DNA of 64,000 bases, taken from positions 1,421,648 through 1,485,647 of the forward strand of contig SMSO01000014.1 in the NCBI GenBank assembly GCA_004764695.1. Direction: 5' to 3'. Below, in pieces: positions 22,174-34,115 of the stretch; the first letter of the stretch is position 1, and each line of letters opens with the position of its first letter. Below the pieces are notes generated by a model. It worked only from the letters and a program-made list of their open reading frames with translations, had not been told where the DNA came from and ran no database searches. Position numbers and translations under genes: made by a program. This stretch comes from Schizochytrium sp. TIO01. Its lineage: Eukaryota > Protista > Bigyra: Labyrinthulomycetes.

Positions 22174-23493
22174 CGATGAATTGTCGCTGTTATAGGTCTA
22201 TTATACTAACCTCACATGATGGTTGATCTGACTTGTGCTTTTTCGAATAACATACAAAATCACCAATAGACTAGCATCTATAACCCTTCTTATGAATGTG
22301 CTCTAGGTCGTTATTGTTTCGTTCCAGAGACTCGGCATTGCAGCAAATAAAGAAACCTTCTTTGTTTCTTGTTATGCGCGCTATAAAACCAAAATAAACT
22401 CAAGTCCCGTTCACCTTTAAAATATTACTGATATATCTTTCTGAATCAAGGCTTTCATCTACTTTGTGAATCATTCAGTAAATAGCTCTATTAGAATTGA
22501 CCCCTTGCCTCCATCTTTTTCTATATTGTCACGATCAGACGTCTAGCTCAGACAGAAACAATCACTATAACCCAACATATGAAAATTGTGCCATCAAGAA
22601 ATTTGTTTCTGTTCTACCTACTACTTATCCTAGATGATGCTAAGCAGCTCGACAGTACCTAGGTACTGCTGCTGTCACTCTCCGAGAAACAAGGTAGCCA
22701 AGTATCTAGTTTTTCTTTAAAGCGAGCAATCACATAGGAAGCCAAAAGCCTGTCTTCTTGTTAGGCATTGCAGATGGTGTGTACCATAGCACCTGGTGGT
22801 AATGCCTACAACTGGCGCGACCACTAACTCTATCCTATGTTGCTTTTAATTGATTAAAAACGATTACCAGGCTATATTAGTTAGTAATAGTACCTTTCGA
22901 ATCCAATCGAATTGTTACTAATTAGGCGCCCTACAATGAATCCTTTTGATAGCTAGCTATCCAGCTAGGCATTAGACATTATTTAACTGATACTAGCAGT
23001 AAGGAGGTGCAATGGATGGATAAATATGCAGGCAGGGTATTGTGACCTGACTATTACTTTTAAGACATAATCCTGGTCTCGAGGCCTAGTGATGAGTATG
23101 ACGAAAGTGGTTATCTAAAGTAGCGTTACGTGGAATGAAAGCGTTGAGGTCGTGATAAGATAGGTCAAGCAAGATATGGAAGGGTAAAACTCAGATGTAA
23201 TGATTGAATGATTGAGGCATGCATTTGCCAAAGTGTCTAAAGGAGAACATGTGAGAGTTAATTGTTGTAGTTAAGGTTAGTAGAGCCAAAGTATGAAAAA
23301 GGGGACAAGGCTACCAGGTCAATCAGCCCAACATGGCTGCAAGTATGCTTTTTGCAAAGAATGCGTGCTTTTTGCAAAGCAATGCGAACACGAAATCGTC
23401 CTACGAGGTCAACCTCGCCGCATTCTCACATACGATACATCCAGCAATAATGTGCAAACTCCATGTAAGCAAAATGCAAACGACCTAAGCAAC

Positions 23494-24447
23494 TTATCCC
23501 TGGAGGGACTCAGCACCGGAGATAATCTCGATGAGCTCGGTTGTAATCTTGGCCTGGCGAGCGCGGTTGAAGCGAATGGTGAGCTTCTCCTTCATCTCGG
23601 AGGCGTTCTTGGAGGCGTTCTCCATGGCGTTCATACGCGAAGACTGCTCAGAGGTGGCGCTCTCAACGAGGCAACCGTAGAGCTGGGTAGCAAGACCGAA
23701 CTCGGTCAAGTTGAGGAGCTGCTCCTCAGTGGACTCCATCTCGCCCTCGTACTTGTTGAGGGGGAAGGGCTTCTCGCTGGCAGACTCGTCGTCGGCCTCA
23801 GCGTTGAGAACAGCAGCAAAGTTGGCGTTGGTGTTGATCTCAGTCTCGTAGACAATGGCAGAGACGAAGCGGTTGAAGACGATATTGAACTGATCGGCCT
23901 CAGGGTAAGCCTCGAAGAGACGGTCGACGACGAGGCAGGCCTTGTCAAAGTTCACGGGGGTCTTGTAGAACTCGTTGATCTGGCCGAGGACGTAGTCACC
24001 GTGGGTGCGGACGAGAGGGCCAGAGCCCTTGTCACCGATGATGAAGACCTTGGGGTTAAGGCCCTTGGCGACATCCTTGTCGATGGCGGCCTTGGTGGCC
24101 TTGGCGACGGCAGAGTTGACACCACCACAGAGACCACGGTCGGAGCTAATGACAACGTAGAGGGGGTTCTTGACCTCACGGGCAACAACAACGTCCTCCT
24201 CGGTGGGCTGGGCGTTGAAGATTTTGCTCATGGTAGTGCCGAATGGCCGGCCAAGGTCGAGACGCTCCTGGTCACCGCGGAGCTTGGCGGCACTGACCAT
24301 CTTCATGGAGGCTGTGATCTTACGGATGTTCTCGGTAGAGGTAATACGCATCTGAATCTCCTTGAGGTTCTCAGCGAAGCCACGAGTCTGGATCTTGCCC
24401 ATGGCACCGCCAACGGCAAGGCCGCGAGAAGCAGTACGACCCAGCAT
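23494..24447 (-). CDS. ATP3: Mitochondrial F1Fo ATP synthase gamma subunit
   Basis: ATG at 24447 with presequence MLGRTASRGLA..RGF. NIRKITASMKMVSAAK, SDRGLCGGVN, SEQSSRMNAMENASKNA, FNRARQAKITTELIEIISGA. Strong codon bias of a highly expressed gene. Confidence 0.97.
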   Translation of the reverse strand: MLGRTASRGLAVGGAMGKIQTRGFAENLKEIQMRITSTENIRKITASMKMVSAAKLRGDQERLDLGRPFGTTMSKIFNAQPTEEDVVVAREVKNPLYVVISSDRGLCGGVNSAVAKATKAAIDKDVAKGLNPKVFIIGDKGSGPLVRTHGDYVLGQINEFYKTPVNFDKACLVVDRLFEAYPEADQFNIVFNRFVSAIVYETEINTNANFAAVLNAEADDESASEKPFPLNKYEGEMESTEEQLLNLTEFGLATQLYGCLVESATSEQSSRMNAMENASKNASEMKEKLTIRFNRARQAKITTELIEIISGAESLQG

Positions 24448-26457
24448 CTTGCTAGTAGTAGTAGATGTCAAACAAACAAACAACGACCTCCACAACCTAT
24501 AAATTCACATAAACATACATTTGAAATCGTGAAGAGAATACATGCCACCGACACGTGAAACGAGCCACAAACCGACGCGATGCATGCACAAAAGTATATA
24601 ACAATACACACGTGTAACGATCCACAAAGATTGAGGGTAGCACCCAGAGAAGATCCGCATAGAACAGCAGCGCAACCAGATGATTGCACAGACACGCAAC
24701 AAAAGCAAAACAGCAAGAGTTAAGTAAGCAGAATTTATTAAGCAAGCAGGCAGCGTTCGATACGCAATACATAGCAATCACATAGAAATCATCACCACGT
24801 CAACCATTTTAATTGTACAAACCACCGCGGAGAAAGCCGGAGGTCAGAGCCACATCCACACAGCACCACGAACAAACACACCACACAGAAGCCACGTCGT
24901 AGTGACCCAGCACCAGAATGGATAGAGACGAAGGGAAGCAGCCGCATGGAGACATCACATAGTAGTAAATAAGCAGAGACGACACAGCCAGATAGACGGC
25001 AGTAGCCACAGCCAGCGACCGCAGCGCAGTAGCAGCACCCGAAGTTCAAGGGACCCGTAAAACACACACAACAACTCGTCAGCCTTCCGTCAACGCAACG
25101 CAGACACGCGCCTAACCGCGCGACACTCCCAACGCACCTCTTTGCGCTTCTCGCTCTGCTCTGCTCTGCGCTCTTCGCCCCTCTCTTTGCAGCCAATGTG
25201 CGGCAGCGCAGCCAGGCAGTCGGTATAACTTACTGTCTCTCTGTTTAATCCCCGTCACTGTGCCTATAAATTGACTCCACAGACACAGTAAGGTTCAGTG
25301 TTTGATTACTTTTGTCTCCTCCCAGCACTCTGATAACTATCTTCCTGCTTTCGACTCGGATGGAGGTAAGATATGGGGGTAAAAACTAAACTACCGTGAG
25401 GAAGCTTTACTCTGAAAGGGGGAAATATAAGAGAGTAAAAGATGTAACTACGCAAACTAATCCCAGTGACGGATAATAAAAGCTACAGAGAGAAAACCCC
25501 TAGTGGGGGTAAGCTATAGATAGTAAAATGATTCTCCGGGCACGTTCTTTATTATTATAAGAACGGCATGTTTATAAAAGCAAATCCCGTTCTTTATAAA
25601 GGTGTGGTCTGCTTTTATCTAACGATTATCCTTTCCTTCGTGCAGCTTCTCTACCATGTGCACTAGTGGTATTTGATGGTTCCTATATATCAAACCGTTC
25701 TATTTGATGGGAGCCAATCTATGGTGGTGTTCCATAGAAGTTGCACTGCAGTTTTGTGTTTCTCGGTTCTGCTTTGCCTTTCTGTAGCCTCGTTTTCAGA
25801 CTCTCATTGCTTCTCTGACCGATGCAGATTTATCTCGATGGTCCTACTTCAATGAACATCCGAGTTTAAGGCTACAGCATCAACTAGGTAGTTAAGAATA
25901 AGAATCCGGCGGTGACAAGACAACCCCTTATCAGTTATTGTATTCGATAATCATGAGTGCCAATGATGGTTAGGTCAATCAACCATAGGATATCGGTTAC
26001 AAAACGTCCAGATGGCAAAAATGGGTTATTCAGCTAAAGCAACTTTTATTTTTATTTTTATTTTCAATCTTTCTTTCTTTCTTTTTTATTAATTCTGAAG
26101 AAAGGTTATTCTATTCCTTCACCACATTCTCTGATTGATTCGATTTTTATTGGGCCAACAGCCGTGACTTCGAGCTAGGAGCGAGCAAGAAGCAAATATG
26201 CCTCTGGCTGAGCTTTAGCAGGCCTGATTACTGCACATTTTGTGCTTTGGACTCAACACTACTCAGACCTCTCAAACGTTTTCGATGAATGAATAATGAT
26301 CGATGAAGAATGCTTTGTTAATTAAACTGAGAAAAGAATCGTCCGCAAGTAATTCGGACGCCACAACTTAGGCTGTGCAGATCGAAAACACGAGACTCTG
26401 CGACACGATCTAACCTGGGAGCTGGCATCCCGGCTTTGACAAAACCCTTTTGTCAAG

Positions 26458-27796
26458 ATGCGTGCCATGGAGAAGTCTATAGCAGGTATTCGCAAGGTGC
26501 CGCCGTTGATCGTTCTGGCGGCAGTCGTGGTACTGGCGGTGCTTTTGCCTTTGCAGCAGGGCCACGCTGTCGTATGTGCGGATTCTGCTGCAGCAAGTAA
26601 AGAGACGCCCCACCACGGAGGTCTCCAAGATGAAGGATCTTGAAGGAGGCTGCGCTGCTCCAGAAGAGGTAGAACACGAAAACACTGAGATAGAAATGGG
26701 AGACCAATCCTGCGGATGCGCGGCCGGCCAAAACAGGGGATCCTTCTCTGCGCCTGAAGGTGTTCAAGGCACCGAGATTTATGATTTTCATCCTGAAAAG
26801 CAAGATCATCTGGATATGACTATTTACGATGAACTTCAAGCTTACATTACAGCGAAGAAATTTGACCCTTCAAAGGTAAAGGAAATGCCTATGAAATACA
26901 TTCCAGCTGGCGAGTTTACTATGGGCACAAACGATCCACAGATCCTTGAAGATGCAGAAGGCCCTGCTCGCCGAGTTAAACTTAGTGCTTTCTATCTTGA
27001 TGAGATGGAAGTCTCGAACCGTCAGTTTGCAGACTTTGTGCTTGAAACAAAGTACATCACCGAGGCGGAGCAATTCGGGTGGTCCTTCTGTTTTCATGGA
27101 ACCTTATCCGAGGCGGTTCTTGATTCAATCGATGTACAAGTCGCCGAAGTGCCTTGGTGGATTCCGACCCCGGGGGCTAACTGGATGCACCCCAATGGAC
27201 CTGACCGAAACATTATCACTGATGAAATGTTGGACTATCCTGTTGTTCATGTTTCGCACAATGACGCTAGGGCATATTGCGAATGGGCTGGCAAGCGTTT
27301 GCCTCGCGAAGCAGAGTTCGAGAGAGCAGCAAAGGGCGACCTTGAAGGAGTCCTTTATCCATGGGGCGAAGAGATGGTCCCTAATGGAACACATCGTGCA
27401 AATCTTTGGCAAGGCCATTTCCCAGACACCAACACTGCAGAAGACGGCTATGTGTGGTCTTCTCCGGTTGATAGCTTTGGACCCCAAAATAAGTTTGGCC
27501 TGAAGAACATCATCGGGAATGTGTGGGAGTGGGTCGCTGATGCCTGGAGTGCTCGCCATCGCCTTACTGCCCCGGATGGAAGTATTCTGACTGATTTTCA
27601 GGTTGAGCGCGCCGGGCACATTGATGATCCTACTGTCGAGCGAGTCAAAAAGGGGGGCTCCTATATGTGTCACATTTCTTACTGTTATCGGTATCGTGTG
27701 GACTCAAGATCGCATAACACTGCTGATTCTAGTGCGCAGAACCTTGGTTTCCGTTGTGCTCTCGATGTTGAGAACCCCCAGCTTACACAAGAGTAG
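26458..27796 (+). CDS. SUMF1: Formylglycine-generating enzyme (sulfatase-modifying factor 1); signal-peptide exon in a different frame, so a short intron or indel lies near 26572-26663
   Basis: CGC motif, [84 protein letters not shown] (both catalytic Cys present). Upstream frame 26458-26643 encodes a hydrophobic signal sequence. Confidence 0.9.
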
Positions 27797-28276
27797 CTAA
27801 ATTACCAGTGTGGCGCTCCCCCAGTTCAGAGGAGTCATTTGCATAGCTTTACTTTGCATGGTTGATCTGAAAACTCAGCATTAAAGCTTACTGGCACTAC
27901 CCACCCCTAGGCACCTTTCCAATATATTCGAAGTTGATTCTTTCCTGCTTTACCCGGTTGTTTTGTGTGATGGATGCTTATATTTAGTTTTCCAAATATT
28001 GCATTTTTTTTGGTAGATAGGGTTGGCGTGTTCTGGCCAACCGCAGCTCAATGCACAGGCTTGCTAGACCAAAGCCCGCACATTTTGAGGTAAACCAAAT
28101 ACGTTTTCCCATTTATAGTGAATGAATAAATAAAACACACGTAAACAATATTTTTGAACACCAATATAACAATAACAATAACAAAACAAAACAGATATAT
28201 GGCTGCAGACTTTCCACAGAGTTGTAAAATGTGTATAGTGGTGTTAGGGGACGAATATGTAATTTTAGGATCAATT

Positions 28277-29614
28277 CTAACCGTGAACAACGCGGCATGT
28301 GTGGTCATCGGAGCAAGATACAAAGATACCAGGGCGCATAGCAAAGTTGAGCACCAAATTGGTGTGGTGGGTGAGAACACGCATCTGCTGGCCTGAACGA
28401 GCGTCCCAAAGACGGGTGGTGCCATCAGCAGAGCAAGAAATAAGAGTGGGAGAGCCTGGGACAAAGCGGACGCGAATCACAGAGTCTTCGTGGCGGCATA
28501 CCTGACGGCAAGTCTGCGTGTTAAGGTCCCAAATCTTGACAGTGCCATCAGTAGCTCCAGAGGCAAGAAAGGGAAGTACATCAGAGAAGTCCACAGACTC
28601 CACGGATCCAACCTCAATTTCTCCAGACTCAGATGTGCGCGGCGAGTCATGTTGAAATGAAGCTACCACCTTGCGAGTTTCCAAGCGAGCAAGACGCACA
28701 GTGCCATCAAGACCACCAGCGGCGATCATCGGCTGTTCAGGGTGGCAAGCAAGACTGACAACTCCTCCTTGGTGCCAGTCATGGCCAGTAAAAGTGTGCA
28801 CGCAGGTCCATGTCTTCGGGTCCCAAAGGCGAACAGTTGTGTCAAGAGATCCAGTGACAATGCGCTTGCCGTTGGGAGTAAAGTGACCGCAGCTCACAGG
28901 ACCTTCGTGGCCTGCCAAAACGCCGAGACACTGGCCCATCGTGGCACCAGTAGTGAGGTCCCACACCCATGTGGTGGCATCCTCGGAGCCTGCCATGATG
29001 ACGTTACCAGAAGGGTGCCAGCGGATCCACTCAATTTCAGTCGAAGGGCCATCAAGAGTCGCCACAAGAGCACCACTATCAGCATTCCAGACGCGAACAT
29101 TTGCATCATAGCCTCCGGTTGCACAAAGAGTACCATCGGCAGAAAAGCTGCAATCTACGACGGTGTCGGTGTGGCCACTAAGCTTAATGAAGGGCGTGCC
29201 GTCACGAGTGCCCCAAAGGTATGCAGTGTCATCACCACCGCCGCTCAAGGCGCGGCTACCATCGGCACTGAGTGCTACGCAGTAGACGGAATCTTGGTGT
29301 TGTGTGAAAGCAAATGCGGCAGAATCGGCAGGAGCAGGGGGCTGAACGCTGTCCTGGGCAGCGTTTACATCGCCATCGCCTTCGGAGACAATGACCTCAC
29401 CTTCAGTAGTCTCGGCAAGATCATCGTTGTTATCATCATCATCATCGTCCTCGCCGCCAGGACCTTGCACGAATGGCTTGCTGTCATCAACCTCTTCAAA
29501 CTCGCCTTCGTTCACCTGCCAGGCATCCTCACCTTCGGCATTGTTGTTTTGGCTAGAGGCAGATGCGCCAGTGGCACCTTGGCCATTGCCACCCATATCC
29601 ATGTTTTGGTCCAT
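28277..29614 (-). CDS. SQT1: WD40 ribosome assembly chaperone SQT1/AAMP
   Basis: Acidic N-terminus followed by about 8 WD40 repeats: SGGGDDTAYLW, GHTDTVVDCSFSADG, IEWIRWHPSGNVIMAGSED, SVESVDFS. Confidence 0.85.
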   Translation of the reverse strand: MDQNMDMGGNGQGATGASASSQNNNAEGEDAWQVNEGEFEEVDDSKPFVQGPGGEDDDDDDNNDDLAETTEGEVIVSEGDGDVNAAQDSVQPPAPADSAAFAFTQHQDSVYCVALSADGSRALSGGGDDTAYLWGTRDGTPFIKLSGHTDTVVDCSFSADGTLCATGGYDANVRVWNADSGALVATLDGPSTEIEWIRWHPSGNVIMAGSEDATTWVWDLTTGATMGQCLGVLAGHEGPVSCGHFTPNGKRIVTGSLDTTVRLWDPKTWTCVHTFTGHDWHQGGVVSLACHPEQPMIAAGGLDGTVRLARLETRKVVASFQHDSPRTSESGEIEVGSVESVDFSDVLPFLASGATDGTVKIWDLNTQTCRQVCRHEDSVIRVRFVPGSPTLISCSADGTTRLWDARSGQQMRVLTHHTNLVLNFAMRPGIFVSCSDDHTCRVVHG

Positions 29615-30650
29615 CTTGGAGTTGTGATGTAAAGTAACTTCGTCCCTCTACAATCTCGTGGAGAGCTCAAGATCTAAGGAATCGAGCGTCAGATGTGTCA
29701 ACTAATATAGTACTTCAAAGAAAAACTGACTCTCTGTTTTGCCCAATCCCAACGTTTGTGTTGCGATTGGAGCTGAGTCACCTCACGTTGAAGTGAACTC
29801 AAGATTGATATGCCGTGACGGCTCGCTCGAACCGGTCTGGTTGTGTGCGTGCAACACCACTCAATGCGTGGCGACTCCACAAAGTCTAGGCGAGTGACTT
29901 TATAGGAATGCCTAAAAGGGTCCCCAAGATGCGAGGATTCCTTTCTTTGAGCTTTCGCACGGCCGGGAGTACTCTCCGTGCTCGCGCTTGAAAACCTCAA
30001 ACCTGGGTCTGTGCGAGTAGTAGAGAGTGTGGCCACCAGCGCTTCTTGTTATCCCAGCGAGCCTTATGCGCTCTCTCGTATGTATGGTCATTTGTGAGCG
30101 ATAGCGTGAACGTTCCAAATGTGCTGTCCCCCTCCTTAACTTTATTCTTCTTTTTTATTAGAATAAAAAAGGAAATCGGCTTTGGAAATCCTGAAGCGTT
30201 TTAAATCTAATTTTCGCAGGAAAAATGATCATTCGTTGGGTCTGCTTGATAGTAAATAATCTTGCGAAGAATAACTTTTGCGCGGGGGTAGAGGCATTCG
30301 CATGGCCATCGACATCAAAAATTACATAATACCTAGACTCTTATGTTCATATTTAATAGGTACGATCGGGAGTAGATTTGGCAGCAATGTAAGTCAAAGG
30401 CTGAAATGCCTCTGTGTTATGCACGACCTCAAAGATGTGAATGTAAGGCATGGTGTCAAAGGATTTGTAAATTAATGATGATCGTGAAGTTGTGGTAGGT
30501 AGGCTGTATTTAGTAAGTTTAGTAGGTTGGTATAGGTATGCAAGGAGAAGATGAGGAGTGGCAAAGACGAGAGAAGTATTTTAGAAGGTATGGTAAGACA
30601 GTTCTCGCGCTTTGAAAAAGGGAGGGGTGAGGGGGAGTTATATAGGTTCT

Positions 30651-31406
<756 letters not shown>

Positions 31407-34115
31407 TTATGTCTTGACAGAAGATCTTTAGGTTCAGGATTTACTGTTGCTCGTCCGAGATGCTTACAAGCTCACTCTGATTGCAATGAAACTTTGCTGC
31501 CAGATATCTAAAGCCCCACCTTTTATGTGCGTTTGAAGATCGGGTGCTTAGCAGCGTACAGCCCTTGGAGTGTCTCGCTCGCCTTCAAGGCAAAGGGAGA
31601 AACGAAGGGATGGATGAAATGGAAATACCCGTCTTGGGCCGGCCTAAGAAGCAAGAGTGCAGTCTACGCGCCACGAACGTGCTTCGGGTCCACCAAAGTC
31701 CAGTCGTTCGCTCTCACACGAAGCGCGAGTTGGTGTGTGCGCTGCGGAGTGCGCGAAAGTCACACGGAATCGAATCGAATTGGCAGCGAAGACGACGGTC
31801 TCCACGGTGCCGAGTATTATGAAGATGAAAACCCTTTTTAATCTCAGTATCAAATACTGCAATAAAGTGCAGTATAGCTATACATCTACTTATAAATTAT
31901 AAAAGTCACTTGTAAAGCCAAAAGCCTACTTATACCACATTCATTTCCAAAGAAAAAAACTGTTTTTTTTCTTCTCTATGTGCACTCTACCTGAAATACT
32001 AGCAAAGGACTCATCGTGAAGGAAAAAGAACAAAGGTGTCTCTTTAGTCTTCTCCTTCCTTCATACAGCAAGGGATTCTTGATGTGATCTTACTATTGTT
32101 GAGAGTCATAGCTCGTTCTATTTACGATGCTCGACAATTAGAAATGCATTAAGAGAACAAGATGGGTACCTGATAAAGCTCAATATGGTGTCACCAAAAG
32201 ACCTTAATAGGGGTGAGAATAACAAGATATAACATGGAGATAGGAACTATAATAAGGAGGATATGAACAACTTTTAGGAACGAACGAGGGGAAAAAGGAA
32301 TAAATACGTATCTGGAGATTGACAGTTTGCGATGACGTGTCTGAAGAGAGGGTCAACATAAGTAGTAGGCACTTCTTACTGCGAATACTATGGCTGCGCA
32401 AATTATTATGAATGATAAATAAATAATGGCAAATTGTACAACTCGTCCTAAGCCGCATTTGTATGATGCTGATGATACAGAGGCGAAGGACGCAACGCTG
32501 CGCATGCAGGACGTGCGGGTGATGCTGATGACGGGAATTTTGGGATGGAGGCCGATGGGTAAGAACAGAGGGTGGCGTGAAACGGACTGAGGTTGTAAAA
32601 TTTAATGAAGTACTCCTGACTGTTGTTGTGCACGAGGTGTGCGAAAACAACTTCGCCTTTCACCGACCCACCGACAGAGACTGTTATTTTCCAACATGTG
32701 GCGCAACTAACAAACAGAGAACCATTATTGGTGAGCACAGAGACTCTGAAGGCAGCTCGTCAGAGACAACAGGCTGACCTCCATCAGGTACAAGATGCTT
32801 GCTGCAGCTGCTAAGTGGTTTGCGTCATACACACTTGTTTCAGGGGCTCGAACATTACATTTCTCTTATGATTTGCACTTCGTATTCAAGCGACCATGGT
32901 GAGCACTGACTTCCCGTGGCGTCGATGGGGTGGGAATCGCTTTGGCTGTTTCAAAAGGGTTTTACTGTACTACACGAGGTTTATAGATAGGTAGGCACTA
33001 CCCGGCACTATTCGTCGTGAGTGATACAAATTCTTGACGCTGACTCGGATATAACTGCAGTACTCAATGGGGAAGATTGAAGAGGCGTTACGGGTTTCTG
33101 GGTTCAGGGAACAAGAACATTACTCAATTGGGCTCCAGTTGTTATATTTCCAGACTATAGCCCAGGCAAGACACAGCTGTAAAGTGCAAGAGGTGTTGTT
33201 GCAGCCAATGGATTGATTGATACAGCAGGTATGAGTTAGAATCTACACTTCAATTGAAGGTATCAAACAACTAAAACGCAATGAAAGCCAAAAATTAAGG
33301 CAAATATTCATTCTTTTGTAAAGACACCTTGAGTTTTGTACTAGCTCAGATTCCTTCATTTCTTCGTCATGAAGTCTATGCCGGTACTTTCAATCGCCTA
33401 GTTTTGGTTATGCGCGTGCCTAATGGAAAGCGCCAAGGACCAATAAATAGCAGTAAATTGATGGTAGCAGCTTCATAAATTACTCTGCCTATTACTCAGT
33501 AATTGATTCTGTATGTGGCAGCGCGTACGCCAAGATGAGAAACGGTCTATATTAACGGTGTCCATTGCACCACATCACTCTTATAATGCACTCGAAATAC
33601 TTTGCAAGTTATGCCATGCCATTCCGCTTTCCACGATGAAATTCAAAGCAAATGTCTAAACAGATAAAACAGTATAGATCGCTATCAAGTGACCTGTTCT
33701 ATTTGTCCAGGGGATCTCCTCTTTTCAAGCCCAAAGCAGCATATCCTCTACTTTGGCTTCTTTTGATGTATTATAATTTGGCCTTGCCTTCGTCTTCACG
33801 TGCTAGTTTCGGTCCTATTAAAATACGCCGTACTAAATCTGCCGCCTATTTTCGGACACCAACATTGTGCGGTCCTCCCCCGCCCTCCTTTTTACTATGG
33901 ACTATTTATTAACTCCTACAGTACTCCACAATAGAGTATACATGCACAAATAAGTTATTCAACCTCTTAGTCAACTATTTTTGCTCTACTTTGTTTCACT
34001 TATTCATTCATTGCCTTGCATTGCATTGCATTTCGTTCATCGCGTTTTTGATTAGTCATCTTAGGTAGCCGCGGCAGACTCAGAACTTACAATCAAACGA
34101 GCAGACGTGGCAACC

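Noticed and set aside
22653-22668. 16-bp perfect palindrome CAGTACCTAGGTACTG
   Set aside because: Isolated, with no repeat or element context; cannot be distinguished from chance.
23293-24558. 421-aa + strand ORF antisense to ATP synthase gamma
   Set aside because: Shadow ORF from strong codon bias on the coding strand; no recognisable motifs.
25545-25600. Short inverted repeat TTATAAGAACGG..CCGTTCTTTATAA
   Set aside because: AT-rich, imperfect and single; not enough evidence for a MITE.
28742-29632. 296-aa ORF antisense to SQT1
   Set aside because: Antisense shadow of the WD40 gene.
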